Assembly: GCA_943704425.1 (NCBI GenBank)
Contig: CALSCP010002623.1
Coordinates: forward strand, 1-48,719
Source of the DNA: Ministeria vibrans ATCC 50519
Taxonomy: Eukaryota > Protista > Filasterea
Length of the DNA stretch: 48,719 nt
Direction of reading: 5' to 3'
A program made the position numbers and the translations under genes. Below are positions 21,304 through 34,536 of this stretch, piece after piece (position 1 is the stretch's first letter; the number at the start of each line of letters is the position of its first letter). Below the pieces are notes generated by a model, which saw nothing but the letters and a program-made list of their open reading frames with translations, did not search any database and was not told where the DNA came from.

Positions 21304-23839
21304 TTAGTGGACAAGTGAGGGGGCACGATACTGATCCAAATGATCATAAATGTCATGTGAAGAGAGGAGACGTACACCGTCAAAGTGGTTGGGGTCGGAA
21401 GGACTCGCTTGGACGAGAATGTCGACATTGCCGGCATTGGCAAGCTGCAGGCACGACACAAAGACACGCGAGACACAATGTGGGTCGACTGTGTGTGTCT
21501 CGGGCTCCAAAGCAGTCTCAGCAAAAAGCGTTTGAGCGGGAATCACTGCCGAGTCGGTTCCTTCTTCGAGATGCAGTGCACTAAACTGCTCGAGGACAGA
21601 GCGTCCGCAGTCGTAGATGTTGAAAGGTGCCATGTGCTCCTGACGCTCCAGTTCAGGTCGAATCCGCTCTTCCCATTCCTATGTGTAACAAAACCGAAAA
21701 AAATAAGAGGAAGAAATGGAAGTCGGGGGAAGAAAGAATCAAAAATAAAAAGAACACAAAAAAAACTTGATAGTAATGGCCTGTGTGTGTGTGTATGTAT
21801 ATATAATATAATTATATATTATATAATATAATTATAATATATATAAGTATGTATGTATGTGCTTAGTGTGTGCGTGTGTCTTTGTGGTGTGCGCTGATGT
21901 ACCTTGACACGACGGCTGAGCTCAGTCTCACGGGCATACGCCTCAGCAGTGTTCATAAAGCGGTCAATGTGGCGACGGACAAGGTCTTCGTACGTAACCG
22001 AGTCGTCCGCTGCGGCTGCAACGGCACGGGCAGCATGAGCTGAGACGCGCTCAGCGTGCATGTCAAGCTCAATGGGGAACAGATCGCCATCAAAGGCCCC
22101 TGCGCCAAACGGGTACTGACCATCATACTCATCATCATCGTCATTGTTGCCGTGGTGATGGCCATGGTCGAATCCGCCGTCGTCGTTGTCGTAGTCGGTG
22201 GTGGCGGCAAAGAGAGAGTCGAGCAGTTGCGGGGAGACTTTCTTTTGGTGTTTTGATTGTTGTTGGTGTTGTTGCTGTGAGGATTTGATAAGATTGCGTT
22301 TTGTGTCGCGTTGCGCTTTGGCGCGTTTTTTGTGTTCAGGCCAGAAGAGATAGGCAAATTCGTCAGTGGAGGGAGTGAGAAGCGGGTTGCGGGGGAGGGC
22401 ACGAGCATGGTTCAGCTCACAGGCAAGAAAGTGGGCGAGAGGTTGGAAGGGTGCACGACGGAGCAGTGTAAGCGTCGTTGCTTTCTTCATCTCCGTGCTA
22501 CTGCTGCTGGTGTCCTCTTCGTCGGCGGTGGATTCTTCTTGGAGGAGACGCGCTGGGAGTTGGGATGTTTTGCCCTTCTTGAAGGGACGCATGGTGGTGG
22601 TGGAGGCAGTGTGAGCGTCAAGCTGGGCCCAAGGATTGCTTTCAAAGACACCCGAGTCGGCATGGGCCATTTTGTGCGCTGCGTAGGGGTTGACTCCTGT
22701 CCTGTTGAGGTTGTTGGTAGGGGTGTTCTCGTGGGGTGAGGGCGAGGCGAAACCGCCAAGATCGTTGTTGTAGTTGTTGTTGTCGTCGTCGTCGTCGTTG
22801 TCGTTCATGTTACCGTTTTGGTTCATGGCAATGTCTGTGGGAAGCGATTGGCTGTTGATGAGGGAGCAGTCGGCGTTGTCGAGGAGGAGCGCGCCCGATT
22901 CGTGCATGGTCGACGTGTTCATACGGTAGTCACTGCGATGGCCCAGCAGTTCGCCACGCAGACTTACAATGTTGGTTGCAGCAGTGGCGCCGTTGTCGTG
23001 GTGGCTGAGGTGGTGGTCGTCGATGGGCAGGAGTGCCACTGGGGTGCGGGGCGCAAAGGTCGCCGTGCCACTGTGCTGGAGGGAGTCGTCGCCCTCGTCG
23101 TCCAGATCAATGTTGGCACTCTCCTTGAGGTCGTCGAGCGAGAGCAGCTCGGCATCTTCGTCGTCGTCGTTCTCGCCCAAGGCAGCATTCTCCACGTCGG
23201 CGTCGCTTCCGTCCGCCCCCAGCGACGACTTGCCCTTCATCAGCTTGCGCCGCTTGCTCGCCAGCAGCTCCAGCGTCTCGTACACCAGCGCATACAAGTA
23301 CTCGACCTTCTTGCTGTAGATGCATGCACTCCCCTGGATGAGAAGCGCCGCCTCGGCAAAGTTGAGCGTAGTCACTCCGTCGTCAAAACTAATGGCGATC
23401 CGATCAACCTTAAGGAAACCCAACGCAAAAAAGTTTTTGAATATTTTCTTGTCAAACAGTAGAACGACATTGGAAGACTCGCGAATCGTCCTGTCAACCC
23501 TTACCTCATCCATATAGTCTGTAAGCTCCTGGGCAATGTCGATATTCCAGTTCTACACAGAAAAACAGTAGAAAATAAGCAAAAGGTGTTTTATATTTTT
23601 TTTTGAAATTTTTGATTTCAAAAAAATCCTGTTTTTGCTCAAAACGCAGTGATTTCGCCCGTTTTCCCATGGAATATGTTGAGACAACTCAGGAAGAGGG
23701 ACATGGGAGTATTGCCAGCGAAGAATAAGGATTGGAAGGATGATTTTGAAACCTGAGCGAGATCCTTGATCGGTTGGAGCAAATGGCCATAGCGAGACTC
23801 TGCAGGCTTCTCGGGCGGGAGGTCCAATGTCGAAGGCAT
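21304..23839 (-). CDS. NCAPH2: Condensin-2 complex subunit H2 (kleisin beta)
   Basis: Spliced start ESRYGHLLQPIKDLAQNWNIDIAQELTDY, then LNFAEAALLIQGSACIYSKKVEYLY. C-terminus YEDLVRRHI..ETELSRRVKEWEERIRP..VSRVFVSCLQLANAGNVDI. Confidence 0.93.
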
Positions 23840-24006
23840 GTTTTGAAAGGGGACTAAAAAAAAGTGATGAAGTGATGGAAAATTCAATTATTTTCAATCA
23901 CAGATTTTGACTTTTGAGTTTGTTCGTTCCACAATCCAATCCAAAAAAAAAATCCAACTAACCAAATTTCAGAATTCAGAAATCAGAATTTTCCCATTGT
24001 TTGATA

Positions 24007-26137
24007 ATGGAGAGTAATCCTGATGTTCCATGGTCTGGTACGATACAGGGCAGAACTGGAAGGGCCCAACACACAAACAACACACACAGACACACAGACA
24101 CAGACACACACACACACGCACACACACACACACTCACTCACTCACTCACTCTCACACGCACACACACACACACACTCACTCACTCACACACTCACTCACA
24201 CACGCACACACACACACACTCACTCACACACTCACTCACTCACTCACTCACTCACTCACTCTCTCTCTCCCTCTATCTCCCTCTCTCTCCCTCTGTGTGC
24301 ACAGATGCGCAAGTGCGGACCCTGCGCATCACGACGTGTGTCTTGGCGTTCCCCTCCGTCCTGGGCACCGCCTTCCTCGTCGTCTCCGGCCTTCTATTCC
24401 CCGTGTTTCGCACGTACCCTGCTCGGTAGGTCGGTGGGGGGTGCACTTACTGTAGGGGCGGTGGGTGTGCGCTTGCTGGAGGGGTCGAGAGAGAGAGAGA
24501 GAGAAAAGGACGAAAACCACACCACAAGTTCAACGTCTGTTGGTCGTACGCGTCACACGCAGTCTCTCTCGCTCGCTGGCTGTGTGGAAGTGGGGAGAGA
24601 GACACAGATGGGTGGAAATGGGGACGTCGTGACGCCGAGGGAGCTCGTGGATGGTGCGTTTTCGCGGACGAGTCGCTGAGTCGTCCTCTTTTTCATAGGT
24701 TGATGCTCTATCTGGCATTTGCGACGTTTCTCACGTGCCTCATGGCACTGATCAGTGGCATTGTGGGGCAAGACCATCTGTTTCACGACACGACGCTGTG
24801 CCAGGCGCAGGCATTCATTCTGATCTTTGGCGTCCAAGCCGAATACGTCTGGTTTGCTGTCATCTGCTTCAACCTGCACCGCACACTCTCCCTCGGCAAA
24901 CTCGACGGTGCTCGCTTTGAGCCATTTATGCATATTATTGCCTGGGGATCGTCTCTCGTCATGGCTCTAGTGCTGTACTTTACAACTGAGTTTGGCCCAA
25001 GTGGTCCATGGTACTATGTGACACATGAGACGCCCTGAGACAAAACGCCGACTCATTCTCGCCTAGGTGCCAAGTGAGCATTGACGCAGAATCGACTACT
25101 CTTCGTGATCTCATTGGCTCATACCTTCCCCCTATTCTCATCTGGATTTACGCTGTCATCATGCTAATTCTCGTCGCAAAGTGAGAGACTGGAATGAAAC
25201 GAGAGAGAGAGAGGGAAAGCTACTGAACTTTTTTATTTATAGGTCGACTCGAACTATATTAAAACGCTATAAAGATGCAGTCATGAAAAGTCAGGTAATG
25301 CAAAGCAAAAAAGAAGAGAAAAAAAGAGCTGAATCATGTTAATGATTAGAAACGACTTTTGGTGTTTGCGCTGATTTATGCGATTGCGGTTCCATTTGGG
25401 ATTGCGTCGCGTCTTGAGCTGTATTTGGTGGGTGAAGGAGGACCCACATTTGGACTGACGTATGTGCATGTGTTTGCAGTGTCTGCAGAGGTAAACCCAG
25501 GGGAAGGGGGAGTGTGAGTGACGTATATGTGTGAGACTGTGTGTGGAGCCAGGCTCTTGATGAATCTGTTGTACTCATTATGTATTCGTGTTTTTTTTTT
25601 TTTTTTTAGGGTATTTTAATGTTTTTTCTATTTGGGTGTTCGAAAACGATGTACCAACAGTGGAAAGGACTGATTGGTAGACTGCTACTGCGACGGAATG
25701 AGTATGTGCGGACGAGCCAGCAGAGCAGCCGAGAACCCACTGCGACAAGTAGGGGCGAGCAAAACAACAGCAGTGGCAGCAATGGGGGTGGGAGGAGTAG
25801 TGTGGATGAGCGGAGTGCGCTGTTGGGCGCGGCAGCGAGAGAGCAGCGGCGAGAGCAGTATCGGGAGGATGTGGATGGGATTATTGCGAGTGGTATGAGT
25901 GCAAGTGCTGGGTTGAGTGCGGAAGATGCAGAGACGGAGCGACGGAAGGCGCTTTCCAGGGCCTTCTCTGAGCGCCGACAGGTGTTGTTGGAGGACCAAG
26001 AGGATCCCTTTGGGGTAGTCATTGCGTCGGCGGCCAAGGAAGAGCAGCAGGGCGCCGGCGTCACTTGGGCTGGCTCTGCTCGCACTCAGAGGAGTTTTGG
26101 TGGTATTGACGCTGAGGATGCTATCAGTCTGAAGTGA
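24007..26137 (+). CDS. 7TM G-protein-coupled receptor, cAMP-receptor/GCR1-like (class E-like), 7 exons
   Basis: The spliced product has 7 hydrophobic segments, with RTYPARLMLYL, LCQAQAF..W..ICFNLH, HIIAWG, GPWC and EGILMFFLFG, and a long Ser/Glu-rich cytoplasmic tail. Confidence 0.8.
24070..24295. repeat. (CA)n/(CACT)n/(CT)n compound microsatellite in GPCR intron 1
   Basis: Directly visible tandem repeats. Confidence 0.9.
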
Positions 26138-26365
26138 GAGAGAGAGTGAGAACATGTACAATTTTTTGTTATTACAATTTTGTTTTTAAAATCATATTTT
26201 TTCTTGGCGTTAGTCTACGGCGGTGGGCGGAAGCTTTGCAATACTCGTTTTTGTATTATTTCGGCCTTTTCGTGAATAAATTTTCCCTTGATTTACACCA
26301 GTCATTTTTGACCATTGATCAATATCACTCATTCTTTTTTGTGCTTTACATTTCCAAGGTTTAGG

Positions 26366-29300
26366 ATGAACACACCAACAGCTGTCGCCGACAACACGGG
26401 AGAAATTGTCTTTGAAGTTGCATGGGAGGTCGTCAACAAAGGTCTGTCCGCACACTCACGACAATGCTCAAGTCGTCCCGTCTCACTCTTCGCTCTCTGC
26501 TGTGTCTTCCCTCTCTCTCTCTCTCTCTCTGCGCGCACAGTGGGCGGAATCTACACTGTCATCAAGACAAAGGCCCCCGTCACGGTCGCACGGCTCGGCG
26601 AGCGCTACTGCTGCTTAGGTATCGATCGGACGTGATCGCAAACCCACTGATCCCTTCCGCTCTTTCTCCCTTTCCTTTTGATCGTTTGATTGTCACCACC
26701 GCTGCGCCCTTCCTCTCCCTCGCTCTCCCTCTCTCGTTCTTGTTTGTTGCCTTCTCTGCTCCATTGCTTTTCTTGGCGTTTGTTGTGAACTCAGTGAAAT
26801 TGAGAAAAATAATAAAAACCTCTCACTGTTCACTCTCACTCTGTTTTCCGCCTTAGGTCCGTACAATGAAGCTGCAGCGCAGACTGAGTTTGAAGAGCTT
26901 GAGCCGGAGAGCGAAGAGATGCGTGTACGGTGCTCTCTCGTGCTTCTGATGTGTGTTGTGTGTTATATGTGTTGTTTGTTGTGTGTTGTGTGTGATGTGT
27001 TGTGTGTGATGTGTTGTGTGTGATGTGTTGTCTGTTGTCTGTTGTGTATTGTGGTGTTACGTGCTGTGTGTTGTGTGTTACGTGTTGTCTGTTGTCTGTT
27101 GTGTATTGTGGTGTTATGTGTTGTGTGTGTTGTGTGTTGCGTGCTGACCTTTTTGTTTCCTTTGCCTATGACTTGTGTATCACACACAGTCCACAATCAA
27201 TGCGATGCGTCAAAACGGCTGCGGCGTCCACTATGGTCGCTGGCTTATCGAAGGATACCCCAAGGTATACGACACACCACATGCAGACGTGTACACTTTA
27301 GACCGTCGTGCGTGACTCTTCCTCTTTAGGCGGTTTTGTTTGATGTGGGTCAGAGCTGGCACAACCTCTTCTCGTGGAAGAAGGACTTATGGGACCACTC
27401 GTGCATTTCAGCGCCCGACGACGACGACGAAACCAACCGTACAATCATTTTCGGCTACTTGGTAGCGTGGTTTCTGGGCGAGGTAAAGCAGAAGCAAAAA
27501 AGAAACGTTAAAGAGAACTATTTCTTATTATTTTCTGTAGTTTCGACAACATCGCAGTGGGTACATTGTGGCACATTTTCACGAGTGGCTGTCGGGCATT
27601 GGACTTGTGCTGTGCCGAGTGCGTCGTCTTGCAATTGCAACTGTGTTCACAACACACGCAACGCTTCTGGGTAAATTCACATAATTATTATTTTTTTGTT
27701 CTTTATCAATTCAATTTGTTTCTTCCATCTCTCTCCATTGTTTCTCTTTTTCTTTCTCTTTCTCTCTCGCACACCCTTTGTTTCTCTTTTTATGTATCTA
27801 TATATAATTATATCACTTTGTTTTTTCTCTCTTCTTTCTCTTTTTCTTTCTTTCGCTGTCTAGGTCGGTATCTGTGTGCGGGCGCAGAGGACTTCTACAA
27901 CCGGTTGTCGACGTTTGACGTGGACCGGGAGGCAGGGGAACGGGGTATTTACCACCGCTATTGCATTGAGCGCGCTGCAACGCACTGCGCGCATGTCTTC
28001 TCGACAGTCAGCAATATTACGGCGGACGAGGCAAAACATCTGCTCAAGCGCAAGGCAGGTATGGAAACTCACTGAGAGACACAACGGGGATAGATGAAAA
28101 ATCAGTCCACCGCTTACACATACACACTCACACATCTTCTAACTCTCGCTCTCTCTTTCTCTTTGTCTTTGTCTGTCTTGTCTCTCTTTTTCTTTCTCAG
28201 ACGTTGTTGTGCCCAATGGATTAAACATGAAAAAGTTCTCTGCACTCCACGAGTTCCAAAACCTCCACGCACAGTCCAAGGAGCGCATTCATGCATTTGT
28301 GCGCGGACACTTTCACGGTCACTATGACTTTGACTTGGAGAAGACACTCTACTTTTTCCTTGCGGGTCGCTATGAGTTTACCAACAAGGGAGCGGACATA
28401 TTTATTGAGTCTCTTGCGCGACTCAACCACAAGTACGAGAGAGAGAAACAGTATGTGTGCCAATGTGAGTCAGATCTCACTCTTGTGTGTATCATTGCGT
28501 GTATCTGTACCGCTCTATCTGTGCGTGTGTGTTAGAATGAAGGAGGCAGGGAGTGACCGGACAGTTGTTGCTTTCATTGTGATGCCGGCCAAGACAAACA
28601 GCTTCAACGTGGACTCGCTGCAGGGTCAGGCGGTGACAAAGCAGCTGCAAGCCGCCGTCGACCGCATCAAGACGACCGTTGCCGAGAGGCTCTTTGAGAG
28701 CTGTGCCAGGTAAGCGCACTTTGCATTTCTCTCTTTCTCTCGTTCTCCGTGTGCATCTGTCTCTTGTGTGTCTGTCTCACTCATTCATTCATTCATTCTC
28801 TACGTACGTTTGTGAAAATAACAGAGGAGTGATGCCCGACCCCATGACACTGCTTGGCGAAGACGACCGAGTGACGCTCAAGCGGTGCATGCTGGCCCTG
28901 CAAACCCCTCGTTTGCCGCCGATTGTCACGCACAATATGGTCGACCCTGTATACACCAACGCACACTCGCCTTTGCCTCATAATTATACTTACACACATT
29001 GTTTTCCGTCTCTGCATTGCTTAGGATAAAGACCAAGTTTTGTGTGCGTTGCGTCGTGTAGGACTGCTGAACCAGCGCTCTGACCGTGTCAAGGTCGTCT
29101 TCCATCCCGAATTTATCAATGCGACCAGTCCTCTCTTTTCGATGGACTATCAGGTACAACCCACATACACACACAGAGAGAAAGACAGACCGACAGAGAC
29201 TCATTATTTTTGTTCTACAGGAGTTTGTGCGCGGTTGTCATCTTGGAGTGTTTCCAAGCTACTACGAACGTAACACACACACGCACAATACTCACTTAGC

Positions 29301-29901
29301 ACACACTCATTTAGAACACACACACACACACACACCATGCAAACACCATACCTTTTGTGACTTACCGCGTTCGTCTGTTTAGCGTGGGGCTACACCAGTC
29401 CCGAGTGCACTATTTTGGGCATTCCCAGCGTCACGTCCAACCTGTCTGGTTTTGGCAGTTTCATTGAGGATGTGGTCCAAGAGCCCTCTTCTTATGGTAA
29501 CGCTCGCTCTTCCGTCGGTGCCACGGTCTCACTTGTCTCTCTATATAGGACTGTACATTATCGATCGTCGTTTCATTTCGGTGGACGAGTGCATCAATCA
29601 GTTGGCCGAGAGAATGTTTAGCTTCTGTGGACTGACCCGTCGCCAACGAATCAATTTGCGCAATCGCACGGAGCGCTTGAGTCAGCTGATGGACTGGAAG
29701 CACCTCTCGCTGATGTACAATCAAGCGCGCCGCATGGCCCTGGAACGCGCCTACCCGGACCTGTTGGGCGAAACAGGTACGGTCAAGCTCAAGATGCCGC
29801 CTGCCGGTAGTGCCCCGTCGTCGCCCTTGCTCAAGGCCGTCAAGCTCAATCCGGACGACCCGGCCCTCAACATGGAGGAGGATGCCGAGGACTTGAGTTG
29901 A
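26366..29901 (+). CDS. GYS: Glycogen synthase, GT3 (animal/fungal/amoebozoan type), multi-exon
   Basis: Motifs [123 protein letters not shown], the Arg cluster [15 protein letters not shown], and a C-terminal phospho-motif SAPSSP. Confidence 0.97.
26950..27140. repeat. TG-rich degenerate tandem repeat in a glycogen synthase intron
   Basis: TGTGTTG-type units with a duplicated block tgttgtctgttgtctgttgtgtattgtggtgtta. Confidence 0.85.
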
Positions 29902-30513
29902 GGATTTTTGTTTTGTGTGTTCTGTGTTGTCTGGTGTCTGGTGTCTGTGAGTGCTTAGTGCTTGCGTGTGTGTGTGTGTGTGTCGTCAATGAAGTGAAGA
30001 GCTTGCGCTGTTTTTTGTGCGTACATTACCATCTCAGCCGACACAAATAATAAGAAACAAGTTGTGTACCGTAACTCTTTTTTATTTCTTTTTTTAATCC
30101 TATCCGATTTCTGGCCCGTTTCACACACACACAGTTTGTAAACCCCGTTTATTTGGAAGTATATACAAAATGATACATATCGTAGTGATCTTCTCTTCAT
30201 ACTGTCTTGTATAATTTTGACGTTGATCAAACTCTCGATTCTCTATTATTTATTACTATTATTCACGCAGCATTCCAATTAGTCGAGCTTAATATTGTAC
30301 TAATAGACAAGAGTCTGCGTATAGGTGCATGCAGTAAATCTTGGTCGGTATACGTATTCAAAATGTGCCAGAATTTGAAGACAAAAAATCACTTCCTGTC
30401 AAAATCACTCGCTGTCTTTGTCAGTTGTCATTGCTTTCACTTTCTTTCAACTTTTCACTCACTCTTTTTCCATCTTTCCAGCGTCAGTATTAATTTGAAT
30501 CTTCATTATTATC

Positions 30514-31682
30514 ATGAGCAGCACATCTCCTGAACATCGACTCTCAGAGCAGTATGTTGCGGCAATGGTGGCTGCGTGCCACAGCGCTTTTGTGGGCGAC
30601 GACGAACTGCTGCGCCTGACACTCGAGAAGCTTGAAATGCACACGGATGATGTAGGTTGCCCTCAGACACACATTCTTGTCAACGGACACGATGTAAGAA
30701 AGAGCTGTTTGCTTTGTTTTTGTTTTTCGCTGCAGCGGAGAAACGGGACTTTGACACTTTTCGATTTTTTTGTTGTTGTTGTAGCTGCTCTCCTACGCTG
30801 TCAGTGGACGGTCTACTGAGTGTGTACGAGTAGTGCTAAGCACTGAAATTGCGACAGATACGGATTTGGCCAACGTACGTCCGCATGAGAGGGAATTTTG
30901 ACAGAATTTGACAAAATAATTACTCTAATTAATCATTTTTTCAATCCTGCAATCTTATTATTTTGTAGGCTGCTCAACTGGCAGCACGACAGGGTCTCCG
31001 AGAAATCTTTTGCATTTTGCTGGAGGCGGGAGCCGACGTTGGACCATTTCCAGTGACGGGCACGTGTTGTGCACACATTTCTGCAACTGAGGGTCACCTT
31101 GAAATATTACGCGCGCTGCGACAACACGACACACTCATCGATTGCGTTGATACGCATGGACTCACGCCGCTCTTCTACGCATGCCTTCATCACCAGACAG
31201 AGTGTGCAAAGGCGCTCATTCAATGGGGTGCTCGTGTTAACGTGTGCGAGCCATTCAATGGCTCGACGCTCCTCCACGGTAAGTGTATAACAAAACAATT
31301 AATCATAATAATATTATTTTCTATTATGACGTTATTATTATTATTATTATTATCATAAAAGTATAAATACAATTATTAATGTATTCTAGTGATGGCGTTG
31401 ACTGGAGGACCTACTGAATGTACGCAAGCGCTGCTGGATGCTGGAGCTTCCCCACTGGTGAGGAACGCCGAAGGGCTGCTGCCGCGTGAGGCAGCAATGG
31501 AAACCTCCTCCTCGGAGGATAACAGTCGCCATCAATTAGAAATGCTGAGCCTGTTGGAGAAGGCCGAAAAATCATATATGCCTTCGAGTTTAGCAACGCT
31601 GTGCAAGCAAACTATTCAACGGACGTTTGTTAAGGAATGGAGAGATAAGCAGGATTTTGTTGATCTTGAAATTTCACTGTAA
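30514..31682 (+). CDS. Ankyrin-repeat protein with a C-terminal BC-box/SOCS-box-like motif (ASB-like), 4 exons
   Basis: Ankyrin motifs AHISATEGHLEILRAL, GLTPLFYAC..ECAKALIQWGARVN, GSTLLH and LLDAGASPLVRNAEGLLP. C-terminus PSSLATLCKQTI. Confidence 0.8.
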
Positions 31683-31782
31683 CAATAAAATAATACTCTA
31701 AGAATTATTATCATTGAATAGAAAATCAATTCTAAATCATTTTTACTCTTCTCGGTTTCGTTGACACTCGTTCATTGCTTCC

Positions 31783-32291
31783 ATGTCTCTGAAAGAGATC
31801 GTACGCGAGAAGTTCATCTCGCAGGTCATCCGGCCGATCAAGCCTGAGAATGGATTCAAGGTGCGCCACCACAGTCTCTCCCTCCGCCTAGCCCCTGCCC
31901 CGCCCCCGCCAAATGCGATTGATTGATAGGCGCTCGCCCCGCCTGCTCCCTCGAACCCTCCCGCTGTGTCTGTGTGTTGTGTCGTTTTGACTGTTTTTGC
32001 TATTTTGGTGTGTCACCGCTCGCTTGTTGCGCTGTTGCGATGGTTTGCTATGTCAGGGACACACGGTTCTCTGCACTCACCGTGTTCGCTTCTCGTCTCC
32101 TTCTCCCTCCGTTGCAAAACTTTGACCGTTTTGTTTTCGACGACGAGTGAACGATTTGGCTCAAAATGCCCCTCACGCAATCGCTGCCACTCTCTCCATT
32201 GCTGCACTACCTACACGGGCCCACCACTGCGGCGGTGCGACGGCGCCAGCAGCTGTGCAAGCGCCGTTCTTGCGCCGCAACTGACTCTCTC

Positions 32292-32384
<93 letters not shown>

Positions 32385-33288
32385 CGTAGGTGCTTGTGCT
32401 CGATCAGCACAGCATGAACATCATGTCGTCCTGCTGCCGCATGTTTGATCTCATCGATGAGGGTGTCACCCGTACTCACCATTTCCGTCTCCCGTCTCAC
32501 TTCACTCTCATCACTTCTTTTTTTCTCGTTTTTGAAAACTCTCACAGTTGTCGAAAATTTGGCGATGAAACGCAAACCTCTGCCGCAACTGGAAGCCATT
32601 TACTTTGTGAGTCCGACCAAGGAGTCCTTTGATCGTCTGATCGCCGACTTTTCGAGTCCGTACGAGCCACAGTACGCCAAGGCACATCTGTTTACGACTT
32701 CCGGTAAACACACTCTGCTCTCACTCCACACACACACAATACTCTTTTCCCAAAACACACTCTGCTTTCACTCCACACACACACAATGCTCTGTTCCCAA
32801 GCCACACTCTGCTCTCAACACACACAATGCTTCAACACACACAATGCTCGTTTCCCAAAACACACTCTGCTTTCATCCCTCCACAACGCCCTCTGCTCTC
32901 ATCCCTCCATCCATTTCTCCCAAACACACTTTGCTCTCATCCTTCCATCCCTCTGAAACACACTCATCTCTCATCCCTCTTAATGATAGACTGTCCCGAC
33001 GAGCTTTTCCAGTCGCTTTCGTCACAAGTGGTGTCTCACTTCTTGGGAACCTTTGAAGAAGTCAACATTGAGTTTATGCGTAAGAAACAGTTGAAAAGCG
33101 AAACCCCCGAAGCATTTGGCAAACTTATTGTGTCGTCCTGAGCAGCAATTGAAGCAAACGCGTTTGTCCTTGACGCACCCGACGCATTCCACACATTCTA
33201 CAGTCCCAAGAAGCCCAAGGCCGATCGAGACGCGCTCGTCGAGTCAGTCGCCCGTCAAGTAAGTTCAATGTTACAATACATTATTATC

Positions 33289-33351
<63 letters not shown>

Positions 33352-34497
33352 TAATAATAATTTTGTTTATTGAACAGCTTGCGACGGTGTGCGTGACTCT
33401 TGGTGAAGATCCCGTTGTGCGGTACACCATCAACAATCCCATCAACGAACAGGTTGCAAATGCTCTCGTTAAGGCTCTCGATCAGCACCGCAAAAATGGA
33501 CTGTTGGATGTACGTTGCGCATTCACGCGTAGAGGACGCACTCATTCTTTTGATTTCTTTCTTCTTTTTGTGTTTAGAAAGCTACCAATGGTCTCCTGAT
33601 GATCTCAGACCGCAGCATCGACGCTCTTTCGCCTCTTCTGCACGAGACAACCTACCAAGGTAGCGCTAGCCCCCTCACCTTAGCCCTATATATTCAAAAT
33701 AATACTAATTATTATTACGGTTTCCTCAGCAATGGTGCACGATCTACTGCCGGTCGACAAGGATGTGTACGAGTATGAGTTCAAGGACGCAAGCAACCAA
33801 AAGCGCTGCAAGAAAGTGATTCTGGGCGAACAGGACAGCCTGTGGCCGGGCGTGCGTCACCTGTTTATCTCGGATGCAATTCTGTCGGTCACTCAGGGCT
33901 TCAAAGAGTTTGTGTCCAAGAGCAAAGCAGGCAATCTCTCCAAAGGCACTGTGTCAGTCCAAGAGCTGTCAGAGGCGCTCAAGGCTATGCCACAGCACCA
34001 AGAGAAGATGCAGCGCTATCAGCTGCACATTCACATTGCTGAGAAGTGCATGGAGTGTCTCAAGCGAATGGAGCCGATTGTCATTGTTGAGCAGAATATG
34101 GTCATGGGTGCAACAGCGGATGGGAGCAAGGTAACCCATATTGTGTTCGTGTGTGCGTATGTGTATGTATGTATGTATGTGTGCGTTTTAATACGTGCTA
34201 CGAGGGTGATTTATACACTCTTATTAACTGAGACGGACTTTTTCTCTCTTCGTGTGTCTCTGTGGCTCTTATTAGGTCAAGAGCACATCATTTGCGAGCT
34301 CCATTGTGCCGATCCTTCAAGACCAAACGGTCTCAATCGAGGACAAATTGCGAGTGGTGATGATTTACTCAATCAGCGCAGGGTCTGTCAAAGAGAGTTC
34401 GCGAGAAGTTCTACTGGACCACGCGCGCATTCCCCAGAGTGATCGTGCGACCGTGGACAACCTGCGTCATGTGGGAGTGCGTCTTAATCCTGTACGT

Positions 34498-34536
<39 letters not shown>

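Noticed and set aside
31905-31913. E2F-like CCCGCCAAA in Sec1 intron 1
   Set aside because: A single site in a C-rich tract of a gene with no expected cell-cycle role.
32705-32965. Interspersed repeats superficially like a CRISPR array
   Set aside because: Degenerate low-complexity minisatellite inside a spliceosomal intron, with no unique spacers and no cas genes.
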